From: an uncultured bacterium
Lineage (GTDB): Bacteria; Auribacterota; JABMQX01; JAFGEW01
DNA: 50,766 nucleotides
Reading direction: 5' to 3'
Assembly: GCA_965369835.1 (NCBI GenBank)
Contig: CBDUSE010000003.1
Location: 1 to 50,766 of the forward strand
Part shown: one piece after another, positions 18,429-27,715 of the stretch
Position numbering within the stretch: position 1 is the stretch's first letter
How the letters are laid out: each line of letters opens with the position of its first letter
Program-made: the position numbers and the translations under genes
Notes under the pieces: generated by a model
The model's database searches: none
What the model was told of the DNA's origin: nothing
What the model saw: the letters and a program-made list of their open reading frames with translations, nothing else

Positions 18429-18637
18429 CTCCCAGTTTGTGCGTAATCCTATTGCCGGCGAGCTATCCTAGCCAGCTCGCGCACCCGAGTCAACGCACAT
18501 GTTGCTCCCGGATTTTCGGATAAGGGGGAGAAGAAAGCCTCCCGATTGCTTGGCGGCCAAGGATGGTGGACTCCGGACTGAGGTTGGCATATAAAAGGGT
18601 TTTTATGTTCCATGAATGAGCTGGCCAGGAGGCTTTG

Positions 18638-19606
18638 ATGGTGGCTGACGATAACGCGATGCTGCTTGGCTACTTGCGGCAGATGCTGGAGATCCGGGCG
18701 TTCGAGGACAAGGTGTACGAGCTGCTCGGCCGCAACGTGATCACGGGGGCCTCGCACCTCTACGCGGGCCAGGAAGCGGTGGCGGTCGGCGCGTGTGCGG
18801 CGCTTGGGCCGGAGGACGTGATCACCTCCACCCACCGGGGCCACGGGCACTGCATCGCCAAGGGCGGCGAGCTGCCGCAGATGATGGCCGAGCTGTGCGG
18901 CAAGTCCACCGGCTACTCGCGCGGCCGGGGCGGCTCGATGCACATTGCCGACGTGGCGAAGGGCAACCTCGGCGCGACCGGCATCGTCGGCGGCAACATC
19001 CCGGTGGCGACGGGTGCCGGGCTGGCGATCAAGATGCGGGGCGAGAAGCGGGTGGTGCTCTGCTTCTTCGGTGACGGGGCGTGCAACAACGGCGTGTTCC
19101 ACGAGTCGCTCAATATGGCGGGGCTGTGGCGCCTGCCGGTGGTCTATATCGTCGAGAATAACCTGTACGGGATGAGCGTCTCGACACAACGGGCGTGCGC
19201 GGATGAGTCGATCGGCAATCGGGCAAGCGCCTATGCGATGCCCGGGGCCACCGTGGACGGCCAGGACGTGTTTGCCGTGCGCGAGGCGGTGCGCGAGGCG
19301 GTCGCCCGGGCGCGGGCGGGCAAGGGCCCAACGCTCATCGAGGCGCGCACCTACCGCTACTACGGCCACTCGCGTAGCGATCCGCGCAAGTACCGTACGC
19401 GCGAGGAGGAAGAGCATTACCGCACTGAGCGCGACCCAATCATGTTGCTCAAGCGCCACCTGCTGGAGAAAAAGATCGCGTCGGCCAACGAGATCGAAGC
19501 GCTTGAGAAGTCGGTCGCAGGCGCGATCGAGGAAGCGACCACGTTCGCGCTTGAGAGCCCATATCCGGACGAGTCCGAGTTGTACGATTTTCTGTACGTG
19601 GAGTAG
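18638..19606 (+). CDS. 2-oxoacid (pyruvate/acetoin-type) dehydrogenase E1 component, alpha subunit
   Basis: The ATG at 18638 is 5 nt after AGGAGG (18627-18632). It has the TPP-binding motif GDGACNNG...N and the YRYYGHS phosphorylation-loop-like motif. Confidence 0.9.
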   Translation: MVADDNAMLLGYLRQMLEIRAFEDKVYELLGRNVITGASHLYAGQEAVAVGACAALGPEDVITSTHRGHGHCIAKGGELPQMMAELCGKSTGYSRGRGGSMHIADVAKGNLGATGIVGGNIPVATGAGLAIKMRGEKRVVLCFFGDGACNNGVFHESLNMAGLWRLPVVYIVENNLYGMSVSTQRACADESIGNRASAYAMPGATVDGQDVFAVREAVREAVARARAGKGPTLIEARTYRYYGHSRSDPRKYRTREEEEHYRTERDPIMLLKRHLLEKKIASANEIEALEKSVAGAIEEATTFALESPYPDESELYDFLYVE

Positions 19607-19609
19607 GCG

Positions 19610-20584
19610 ATGGCTGAGCGGTTCTACTGGGAGGCGATACGCGACGCGCTGGCCGAGGAGATGCGGCGCGATCCGGCGGTCTTCGTGATGGGCGAGGACG
19701 TGGCGATCTACGGCGGCGCCTACGGCGCCACACGTGGGCTGTATGAGGAGTTCGGCGAGGAGCGCGTGCGGGACACCCCGATCAGCGAGAACACGATCGC
19801 CGGCGCCGCCACGGGCGCGGCCATGATGGGCATGCGGCCGGTGGCGGAAATCATGTATGCGGACTTCCTGACGCTGGCGATGGACCAGCTCGTGAATACG
19901 GCGGCGAAGAACCGCTATATGTTCGGCGGCCGGACGACGGTGCCGATGGTGCTGCGGACCGAAGGCGGCGCGGGCCGTGGGATCGCGGCGCAGCATTCGC
20001 AGTCCATCGAGGCGTGGTTCAATCACGTGCCCGGGCTCTATCTTGTGATGCCGGCAACGCCTTATGACGCGAAGGGTCTTTTGCGGACCTGCATCCGCGA
20101 CGACAACCCGATCCTGTTCATTGAGCACAAGATGCTTTACGGCACGAAGGGCGAGGTGCCCGACGAGGAGTACACGATCCCGCTGGGCGTCGCGGACGTG
20201 AAGCGCCCGGGCGATGACGTGACGGTCCTTGTGTACTCGAAGATGGTGCTCGATACGCTCGAGGCAGCGGACGCCCTCGCCGACGAGGGGATCGAGGCCG
20301 AGGTGATTGACCTGCGCACGATCAAGCCGCTCGACATGCGGACGATTCTCAAATCGGTGCGCAAGACGGGGCGCGTGGTGTGCGTGTCGGAAGGATGCCG
20401 GATGAACGGCGTGCCGAGCGAGATCATTGCGCGCATCCAGGAAGAGGCGTTCGACTCGCTCGACGGGCCGATCGCACGTGTGTGCGGCGAAGACGTGCCG
20501 ATCCCGATGAGCCCGCCGCTCGAGGCCGCAGCGGTGCCATCGCCCGAGAGGATTGCCGCCGCCGTTATGCAAGTAATGGAGTAA
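19610..20584 (+). CDS. 2-oxoacid dehydrogenase E1 component, beta subunit
   Basis: Starts 3 nt after the E1alpha stop. It has the typical transketolase-like pyrimidine-binding and C-terminal domains (DTPISENTIAGAATGAAMMGMRPV). Confidence 0.9.
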   Translation: MAERFYWEAIRDALAEEMRRDPAVFVMGEDVAIYGGAYGATRGLYEEFGEERVRDTPISENTIAGAATGAAMMGMRPVAEIMYADFLTLAMDQLVNTAAKNRYMFGGRTTVPMVLRTEGGAGRGIAAQHSQSIEAWFNHVPGLYLVMPATPYDAKGLLRTCIRDDNPILFIEHKMLYGTKGEVPDEEYTIPLGVADVKRPGDDVTVLVYSKMVLDTLEAADALADEGIEAEVIDLRTIKPLDMRTILKSVRKTGRVVCVSEGCRMNGVPSEIIARIQEEAFDSLDGPIARVCGEDVPIPMSPPLEAAAVPSPERIAAAVMQVME

Positions 20585-20591
20585 GGCGCGA

Positions 20592-21911
20592 ATGGCTACC
20601 GAGATTATTCTGCCGAAGCTTGGTCAGACGATGGAATCGGCGGCGATCGTGCGCTGGCTTGTCGCCGAGGGCGACCAGGTCGAGAAGGGCCAGCCGATCC
20701 TGGAGATTGAAACGGACAAGGCGGTGCTCGAGGTGGAGAGCCTCGCGCGCGGCACGATGCTGAAGATCATCGCCCAGCCCGGCGAGACGCACGAGGTGCT
20801 CGACGTGCTCGGGTACATCGGCGAGCCGGGCGAGTCGATTCCGGAAGCGCCGCCGAAAAGGAAAGTGGAAAAGCCCGAGGAGAAGCCCGCCAAACCGGCA
20901 CTGACGAAGGCGCCGCGCGCGAGGCCTTCGGCTGCACCTGGACCTGTCGCCGTGCGTGAGGAGGCGCCCGAGGCGGCGGCGCCGGTGGCTCGCGTGTCGC
21001 CGCGCGCGAGGAAGCTCGCTGAGGAATGGCTGCTGGATCTCAAGCGCATTCCGGGCAGCGGGCCCCAAGGGCGTGTTGTCGAGCGGGACGTGCAGGCGTA
21101 CCTTGATGAGCGTAAGCTCGGACCGTCGGCCATCGCGCCGGCGGAGAGGGAGCTTGCCCGAAAGAACGGCCTGGGTCTCGACGAGTTGCTGCGGCTCGCC
21201 CACGGCGAGCCGATCAGCGTCGAGGTGGTCGAGCGTGCGCTGCGGACGCGGCCGAAGCCGCTGAGCCCTATGCGGCGGGTGATCGCCGAGCGCATGAGCG
21301 AGAGTGCGCGCACGATTCCGCATTTCTACGTGACGATGAGCGTGGACATGGAAGCGGTCGTGCGCACCCGCGAAGAGCATCCCGGCCCGGACGGCGCGAA
21401 GATTTCGTACAACGATTTCGTCGTGGCTGCGTGCGCGGCGGCACTGCGCGAGATGCCCATCGTGAACGCCCGCTGCGTGGGCGATGCGGTGCAGATGAAC
21501 GAGGAAGTCAACATCGGCATCGCGGTGAGCGTTGAGGATGGCCTTGTCGTGCCGGTGATTCGCGGCGCGGATAAGCGGTCGCTCGAAGAGATTGCGGCCG
21601 AGTCGAAGCGGCTTGTCGAGCGGACGCGCTCGAAGGCGTTACGGCCCGAGGCAATGGCGGGCGGCACGTTCACGATCACGAACATGGGGATGCTCGGCGT
21701 TGAGCAATTCGGCGCGATCATCCATCCTGATCAGGGCGCGATCCTTGCCGTGGGCGCGGTGGAGGCGGTGCCGGCGGCCCAGGACGGCGAGCTCAGTGTG
21801 CGCAAGCGGATGAAGATGACGCTGAGCTGTGACCACCGGATTATTGACGGCGCGGTGGCGGCGGAGTTTCTCGGGCTTGTCAAGAAACGGCTCGAAACGT
21901 TCACGGCGTAG
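20592..21911 (+). CDS. Dihydrolipoamide acyltransferase (E2)
   Basis: Lipoyl domain with EIETDKAVLEVES, an Ala/Pro linker, a subunit-binding domain (SPRARKLAEE...GSGPQGRV) and the catalytic DHRIIDGA motif. Confidence 0.9.
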   Translation: MATEIILPKLGQTMESAAIVRWLVAEGDQVEKGQPILEIETDKAVLEVESLARGTMLKIIAQPGETHEVLDVLGYIGEPGESIPEAPPKRKVEKPEEKPAKPALTKAPRARPSAAPGPVAVREEAPEAAAPVARVSPRARKLAEEWLLDLKRIPGSGPQGRVVERDVQAYLDERKLGPSAIAPAERELARKNGLGLDELLRLAHGEPISVEVVERALRTRPKPLSPMRRVIAERMSESARTIPHFYVTMSVDMEAVVRTREEHPGPDGAKISYNDFVVAACAAALREMPIVNARCVGDAVQMNEEVNIGIAVSVEDGLVVPVIRGADKRSLEEIAAESKRLVERTRSKALRPEAMAGGTFTITNMGMLGVEQFGAIIHPDQGAILAVGAVEAVPAAQDGELSVRKRMKMTLSCDHRIIDGAVAAEFLGLVKKRLETFTA

Positions 21912-22042
21912 CTGGCAGCATGGCTGGGTGCCGCGCTTCGTTTTTCACGCTTTCGCCGGATCCAGGAGCTTGACGCTTCGCGCAGCATCGGGTATTCACA
22001 CGCCCGCATCCAGGCAGGCATGAGGGAAGGAGTCATCCAAAG

Positions 22043-22696
22043 ATGAAGCAGCACACGCTGGTGCACGAAAAGCTCCGGCACCGGTTCAAGATCGTCGCGT
22101 TCGATTGGGACGGCACGGCGGTGAAGAACCGCGCGGCGCCGGTTGGCGACATCCTGCCACGGCTTGAGGCGCTTATGACGCTCGGCGTGAAGATCGCGAT
22201 CATCACCGGCACGCACCCGGGCAATCCAAACAAACAATTCTGCTCGAAGGTGCGGCCGGAGCTCAAGCGTAGCCTGTTTGCGCGCGTCAACCGTGGCGCC
22301 GAGGTGTACGGCTTTGACGACGCGGGCGAGCCGCTGCGTGTCCGAAGCCGCGAGGCCAACGACGAGGAGAACCGGAAAATGGACCGCGTCAGCGTCGAGC
22401 TCGAGTAGGAGTTCAAGGAAGAATACGGGCTCGACATAGCGATCATTTGCGACCGCTTCAACCGGCGCAAGCTCGACATCATCCCCACGCCCGAGTGGGC
22501 GGACCCGCCGAAGGAGCGCATCGGCGAGCTGCTCGTGGCGATCCGGCCCGAGGCGTGGGCGGTCCTCGAGGACAATCCGGCCGAGCAGGCGGATCGAAGC
22601 GATCCGATCGCCGAGCGCGTCTCCAGCTTCGAGCGCGGTGCGCGCGCCTACCGCATCATCGTCGTGCGCTCGCCGAGGCGCCGGCTTTCGATGTAG
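22043..22696 (+). pseudogene. HAD-superfamily-like hydrolase interrupted by an in-frame TAG (22406-22408)
   Basis: GGGAAGGAG RBS and ATG at 22043. It has the DxD motif (VAFDWDGT) and a motif II-like IITGT. After the TAG the same frame stays open for 95 more codons with unchanged GC3 bias (EFKEEYGLDIAIICDRFNRRKLDIIPTPEW...), ending at TAG 22694-22696. Confidence 0.6.
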
Positions 22697-22729
22697 AGTT
22701 GACTTGTACGAGCGAACTCACGAGCCAGC

Positions 22730-23899
22730 ATGAAGACGACGATCATCGGGGCCGGGAACATCGGGCGCGGCTTCCTCGGGCAGATCTTTGCCGAGGCGGA
22801 CGCTGAGATCACCTTCGTCGAGCTCGACGACAAAGTTGTTGCCGCACTTGAAGACCGCCGTGGCTACGACATCCGCATCGTCGCCGACACGACCACCATC
22901 TTCCACGTGCCGGTTGCCCGAGCAATCTGCTCGGCAGATCGGAAAGCAGCCGCCCGTGCCGTCGCCACCGCGGATGTCGCTGCCACCGCTGTAGGCGCCG
23001 CCGCGCTGCCCCCCGTCGCCGAGCTGATCGCACTCGGTCTCGAGCAGCGCTTCAAAGGCCCGTGCAGCCCGCTGAACGTCGTCGTGTGCGAGAATGTCAT
23101 GCATTCCGGCCGGCACGTTGCATCGCTCGTTGAGAAGCACCTGCCGAAGGACCTGCACGCGCGATTTCGCAAAGAGGTCGGGTTTGCGACATCAGTGGTC
23201 TCTCGGATGGTCCCTACGCCGTCTCAGTCGCAGCAGCGTGCAGATCCACTCGGTATTGCCGTCGAGCCGTACTGCATCCTGCCCGTGGATGCCACGGCGT
23301 TCATCGGCAAGCGTCCGGCAGTGCCCGGATTTCGCTACGTTGAGAACATCGCCGCGCTCGAAGACCAGAAGACCTACACGCACAACGCCGGCCACGCCAT
23401 GGTTGCCTACCTGGGCTATCGCCGCCGCTACACTTACATCTGGGAGGCGACAGGCGACCGCGTCGTGCGCGGTGTAGTGGCGGCCGCGCTCGACGAGACG
23501 AGCCGCGCGCTCATCAAGCGGCACGCCTTTGATCCCGCCGAGCAGCAGCGGCACGTCGAGGATCTCTTCTCTCGCTATGAGAATCGTGCGCTCGGCGACA
23601 CGATCGCGCGCGTTGCCCGTCATCCGATCCGCAAGCTCCGACCCGAGGGACGGCTCATCGGCAGCGCCCGTCTCGCACTCGAGTACGAGATTACGCCAAG
23701 AAGGATTGTTGATGGCATCGTCGCCGCGCTGCTGTACGATCACCCGGACGACGAGCAGGCGATTGTGCTGCAGGCACTGATCGGTGAACAGGGCGTGCGT
23801 GCCGCGCTCCAACAGCTCTGCGAACTCGATGAGAACGAATGGCTGACGGGTGAAATCGAAACGCGCTACCTCCGCGCAATGAAAGGACACGCGCCTTGA
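22730..23899 (+). CDS. Mannitol dehydrogenase family protein (mannitol-1-phosphate 5-dehydrogenase-like)
   Basis: N-terminal Rossmann motif IIGAGNIGRGFLGQIF. The length and the central region (...YTHNAGHAMVAYLG) resemble MtlD-type long-chain polyol dehydrogenases. Confidence 0.8.
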   Translation: MKTTIIGAGNIGRGFLGQIFAEADAEITFVELDDKVVAALEDRRGYDIRIVADTTTIFHVPVARAICSADRKAAARAVATADVAATAVGAAALPPVAELIALGLEQRFKGPCSPLNVVVCENVMHSGRHVASLVEKHLPKDLHARFRKEVGFATSVVSRMVPTPSQSQQRADPLGIAVEPYCILPVDATAFIGKRPAVPGFRYVENIAALEDQKTYTHNAGHAMVAYLGYRRRYTYIWEATGDRVVRGVVAAALDETSRALIKRHAFDPAEQQRHVEDLFSRYENRALGDTIARVARHPIRKLRPEGRLIGSARLALEYEITPRRIVDGIVAALLYDHPDDEQAIVLQALIGEQGVRAALQQLCELDENEWLTGEIETRYLRAMKGHAP

Positions 23900-24948
23900 A
23901 AGCTGCCGTCTATGAAGCGCCGGGCCGGATCGAGGTCCGCGAAGTGCCCGACCCGGAATGCCCCGATGAGGGGCTCCTGCTCAAGGTGCTCGCCTGCGCC
24001 ATCTGCGGCACCGACGTGAAACTCTACCGCCACGGTCACCGCCACATCCGGCCGCCGCGCATCACGGGCCACGAGCTGTGCGGTGAGATCATCAAGGTCG
24101 GGCGGCGCGTCGAAGGATACGAACTCGGCCGGCGCGTCGCCGTCGCGCCCGCCGTGCCATGCGACACGTGCGACACCTGCCGGCGCGGCTTCTTCGGCAT
24201 GTGCGATAACCTGGCGCCGATCGGTTACCAGTTCGACGGCGCCTTCGCCGAGTTGATGGTAGTGCCCCCGATCGCCGTCCGAACTCATTGCGTCAACGCC
24301 GTGCCGGACAACGTGAGCGATCACGAGGCCGCGCTCGCGGAACCGCTTGCTTGCGCCATCAACGGCCAGGATCTCTCGCGCGTCGGCGAGGGCGATACCG
24401 TGCTCGTGATCGGCGGGGGTCCGCTCGGGTGCCTTCACTCGCAGCTTGCGCATGCGCGCGACGCTTCGACAGTCGTCCTCGCTGACATCTCGCCCGAGCG
24501 CCTCGACATGGCCCGCTCCGTTGCCGGCGCGGACGTGTATGTGGTTACGAACGCCGAGCCTCTCAAGGTCGTCGTTGACCGAGTCTCCTCAGGTCGCGGC
24601 ATGGACCGCGTCATTGTCGCGTGCGCCTCACCGGAGGCACAGGTCGAGGCGCTCGACCTCGTCGCCAAGCGTGGCAGCGTGAACTTCTTCGGCGGGCTGC
24701 CTGAAGACGCGCCGACAATCGCGATCAACAGCAATCTCATCCATTACCGCGAGTTCTTCATCACGGGAACCCACGGCTCGGCGCCGGCCGACAACCGCCT
24801 CGCTCTCGAGCTCATCGCGACCGGGAAAGTGAACGCGCGCGATCTCGTCACGGAAGTCATCCCCCTCGACGAGCTCCTTGCCGGTATCGAGCGCGTCGAG
24901 CAGCGCCGCGTCCTCAAGGTCGTCGTCGAGCCGCACCTCGCGACCTGA
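23896..24948 (+). CDS. Zinc-dependent alcohol/polyol dehydrogenase (MDR family)
   Basis: The TTG start overlaps the upstream stop. The catalytic Zn motif is CAICGTDVK...GHELCG. The structural Zn Cys cluster is CDTCDTCRRGFFGMC, and the GxGxxG motif is VIGGGPLG. Confidence 0.85.
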   Translation: MKAAVYEAPGRIEVREVPDPECPDEGLLLKVLACAICGTDVKLYRHGHRHIRPPRITGHELCGEIIKVGRRVEGYELGRRVAVAPAVPCDTCDTCRRGFFGMCDNLAPIGYQFDGAFAELMVVPPIAVRTHCVNAVPDNVSDHEAALAEPLACAINGQDLSRVGEGDTVLVIGGGPLGCLHSQLAHARDASTVVLADISPERLDMARSVAGADVYVVTNAEPLKVVVDRVSSGRGMDRVIVACASPEAQVEALDLVAKRGSVNFFGGLPEDAPTIAINSNLIHYREFFITGTHGSAPADNRLALELIATGKVNARDLVTEVIPLDELLAGIERVEQRRVLKVVVEPHLAT

Positions 24949-24955
24949 GGCTCGG

Positions 24956-27523
24956 CTATCGCTTGCGCCGTCTTGGGTGTTTCGCGCCCGCTGGCGAAAA
25001 CTCGGTGAGCTTGCGCTCCAGGCCCTCGAGCCGCCGCTTCAGCTCCTTGTTCTCATCGCGAAGCGTTCCCAGTTCCTTTTCGAGCTTGCCGAGGCGCGCC
25101 TGCTTGCCGGTTTCCTCGCGAATCTTCTTGATCGCGCCACGCGCGCCCTTCCGAAGATGCGGCAGCGGATCGTTCTCGACGATCTTCTCCAGCTCGCCAA
25201 CCGCCGCCTCGTCGGCCAGTTCACCAAGAGCAGCCACGGCGGACGCGCGAACTCGGAAGTGCGGATGTCGCATCAGTTCGACGAGCTCGCCGCGAACGCG
25301 ATCCCGCTCGCGCGCCTTTTCCTGTTCGCGTCCCAGTTTGCCGAGTGTCACGATCGCGGCCGTCCGCGCCGTCATCGGTTTACCCTCGCCGGCCCACACG
25401 CGCGCTTCGCGCATACCGCGCGTGTCCTTTAGCTCGACGAACGCATTGAAGACCGCCCCCCTGACGACATCGCGGTGCGACTCGTACTTGAGCGCAGCGA
25501 CGAGGAAGTCGTATGCGTCTTCCTCGCGGATCTTTGCGATCGAGCGAACCGTGTCGGCAGCGACGTAGTAGCTCCTGTCCCGGCGGAAGATCGTCTCGAG
25601 CCGCTTCGCCACCGCCTTCTGCTTGATCTTGCCGAGCGCCACGACGACGGCACGCCGCACCTTCGACTTCTTGTCCGTCAGGCCGGCCAGCAACGCGTCT
25701 CGCGCGGCATCGCCCGCGATCGAGCCCAGCGCTTCTGCCGCCGCGATCCGAACGCCGTAGTAATCCTTGCTCCCCAGCTTCTTGCGCAGCGCAGCCACCA
25801 CCTCTTCGTCGCCCATGATCTTCCCAAGGCCCTCGCATGCGCGAATCCGGCCAATGACCGTCGCCGAGTCCTTGAGCTGATAGAGAAGCTCCTCCTTCTT
25901 CTTCTCGAACTTCAGCGTCTTGGGGATCCAGTTTTCGCGGTCGAACTCGACCATCTTCGGCCGAGTCGTCGTCGGGAAGTGGAACTCCTCGTCGGCCATT
26001 TCAATATCGACGCGGCACGATTTGGTACCGCGCGCCGTCGTGCTGGGGATGTCCACCGGCGTCCTGAACACCTGCGTCTCGTCATCGGTCTTCTGCGTCT
26101 GCTTGACGCGCACGGTGATCAGCTTGAGCCTCTTGTCATACGACCATGACACCTCGAACTCAGGATGGCCCGCGCGCTTGAGCCACTGGCCGAAGAACCG
26201 ATCGAGCGAAGCGCCGGTCCCCTCTTCGAGCGCGAGCTTGAACTCTTCCGTCTCGATCGAACGAAACGCGTACGTCCGCGTGTAATGCGAAATGCCGCGC
26301 CAGAACAGCTCCTCGCCCAGCTCGTAGCGCAGCGCGTGCAGCACGAGCGCCCCTTTCGCGTACGAGTGCCCGTCGAACATATCGAACGCGTCGGTGAAGG
26401 TGCGCGTCACGATCGGGCGACGATAGCGGTCCGACGCCTCGCGCAGGTATCCCTTGAGCGCCTGAAGCATGCGGTACTGGAACTCGTCCTTGCCGCGCCA
26501 GTGCTCGAAATAGAGCGGATCAAAGTAACTGGCGAACCCCTCGTTGATCCACGTGTGCTCCCAGCTCTTGGTCGTGATCAGGTCGCCGTACCACATGTGC
26601 GCCAGCTCGTGCGCGACAAGGCTCTCGCCCTCGACATCGAGCCGCGCCCGCTCGTCAACGAGCGCCTGGTCGGTCAGCGTCGTGATCGTCGTGTTCTCCA
26701 TGCCGCCGTACATGAAGTCGCTGATGACAACCTGGCCGTACTTCGCGTAAGGGTAGCTGAAACCTGTCGCCTTCTCGAAGAACGCGATCATCTTCGGCGT
26801 GTCGGCGAGCCAGCGCATTGCCTCGTCGCGGCGGCCCTTCGGCACGTAGTAGAGGACCGGGATGTCCTTGTGCCGATCCTCGACGACCTCGAACTCGCCG
26901 ACAACGATCGTGAGCAGGTACGTGGCGTGCGGCTGCTCCTGACGCCAGTGGGTGCGCTTCGTGCGGCGCTTCGCATCGTGGCGCTCCTCGACGAGCTCGC
27001 CGTTGCTGATCGCCAGGTACTGCTCGGGCACCGTCATCACCACGTCCTGCGTCATCTTCTCGTTCGGCGAGTCGTAGCACGGGAACCAGTAGTGATTGTC
27101 TTCCATCGCGCCCTGCGTCCAGATCTGCCGCGGCGTCTTCGGGTACTCTTTCGTCGGGCCGACGAAGTACAACCCACGCGTCGGTCGCGCCTCGTATCGG
27201 ATCGTGAACGAGACCTCCTCGCCGCGTCTCACCGAGCGTCCAAGGTTCACGGTGAGCGTCTCGTCAACGAGTTCCCACTTGAGCTCACGCTTCTCTTCGT
27301 CAACGATCTTCCTGATCCGGGTGTCGGCGCAATCGAGCTCCACCTCGCGGAGCGACCGCCCGATCGGCGCGAGCGTCGTCGTGACCGTCCCCTTCACGAC
27401 CTTCCTGTCGAAATCAAACCGGAGATCGAGCGCCACGTGCTTCACGTCGAACGAACGCGGCCGCGTAAAATGCTCGGTGCTTCTGGCGTCCGTGAACGAC
27501 TTCTTCTCTTTCTCGTCTGTCAT
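24956..27523 (-). CDS. M1-family aminopeptidase (aminopeptidase N-like) with C-terminal HEAT repeats and a coiled-coil tail
   Basis: ORF 24956..27589, with the ATG at 27523 preferred. It has the GGMEN exopeptidase motif and HELAHMWYGDLIT...WINEGFASY (HExxH-E18). The C-terminus has repeated AA.ALG helical units and then a Lys/Glu/Leu heptad tail. Confidence 0.9.
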   Translation of the reverse strand: MTDEKEKKSFTDARSTEHFTRPRSFDVKHVALDLRFDFDRKVVKGTVTTTLAPIGRSLREVELDCADTRIRKIVDEEKRELKWELVDETLTVNLGRSVRRGEEVSFTIRYEARPTRGLYFVGPTKEYPKTPRQIWTQGAMEDNHYWFPCYDSPNEKMTQDVVMTVPEQYLAISNGELVEERHDAKRRTKRTHWRQEQPHATYLLTIVVGEFEVVEDRHKDIPVLYYVPKGRRDEAMRWLADTPKMIAFFEKATGFSYPYAKYGQVVISDFMYGGMENTTITTLTDQALVDERARLDVEGESLVAHELAHMWYGDLITTKSWEHTWINEGFASYFDPLYFEHWRGKDEFQYRMLQALKGYLREASDRYRRPIVTRTFTDAFDMFDGHSYAKGALVLHALRYELGEELFWRGISHYTRTYAFRSIETEEFKLALEEGTGASLDRFFGQWLKRAGHPEFEVSWSYDKRLKLITVRVKQTQKTDDETQVFRTPVDIPSTTARGTKSCRVDIEMADEEFHFPTTTRPKMVEFDRENWIPKTLKFEKKKEELLYQLKDSATVIGRIRACEGLGKIMGDEEVVAALRKKLGSKDYYGVRIAAAEALGSIAGDAARDALLAGLTDKKSKVRRAVVVALGKIKQKAVAKRLETIFRRDRSYYVAADTVRSIAKIREEDAYDFLVAALKYESHRDVVRGAVFNAFVELKDTRGMREARVWAGEGKPMTARTAAIVTLGKLGREQEKARERDRVRGELVELMRHPHFRVRASAVAALGELADEAAVGELEKIVENDPLPHLRKGARGAIKKIREETGKQARLGKLEKELGTLRDENKELKRRLEGLERKLTEFSPAGAKHPRRRKR

Positions 27524-27715
27524 AGAAGGGTTCCTTTCTCGTTCGGTGCAACGACCACGCATTCTACGACGATGACGCCCCCGTAGCAATGCTCGCGTTG
27601 GCCGTTGCGCCTGACGGCCTTTCGGCTCGAATGCCGCAAATACGGACGGTGCCTCCTTAGTCGCCTTTTGCTAAACTCTCGCCGGACCAAACAAAGCCGA
27701 AAAAGCCACCCACTG

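Noticed and set aside
18449-20572. A 707-aa uninterrupted ORF on the minus strand, opposite the E1alpha/E1beta genes.
   Set aside because: It is an antisense shadow ORF typical of GC-rich DNA. Its composition is Arg/His/Ala/Pro-rich and low in complexity, it has no motifs, and the plus-strand genes carry unambiguous TPP-enzyme motifs and the GC3 bias.
22406-22408. The in-frame TAG as pyrrolysine or programmed recoding.
   Set aside because: There are no pyl genes or methylamine methyltransferase context in the window, and no obvious downstream PYLIS-like structure. A nonsense mutation or a base-call error is more parsimonious.
26165-27586. A 473-aa plus-strand ORF opposite the M1 aminopeptidase. 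Similar long shadow ORFs occur at 5519..6862(-), 10254..11405(-), 12586..13938(-), 16130..17293(-), 43741..44685(+), 45998..47302(+) and 47720..49291(+).
   Set aside because: All are mirror frames of well-supported genes. They have Arg/Leu/Asp/His-rich translations and no recognisable domains, and they would require complete gene overlap.
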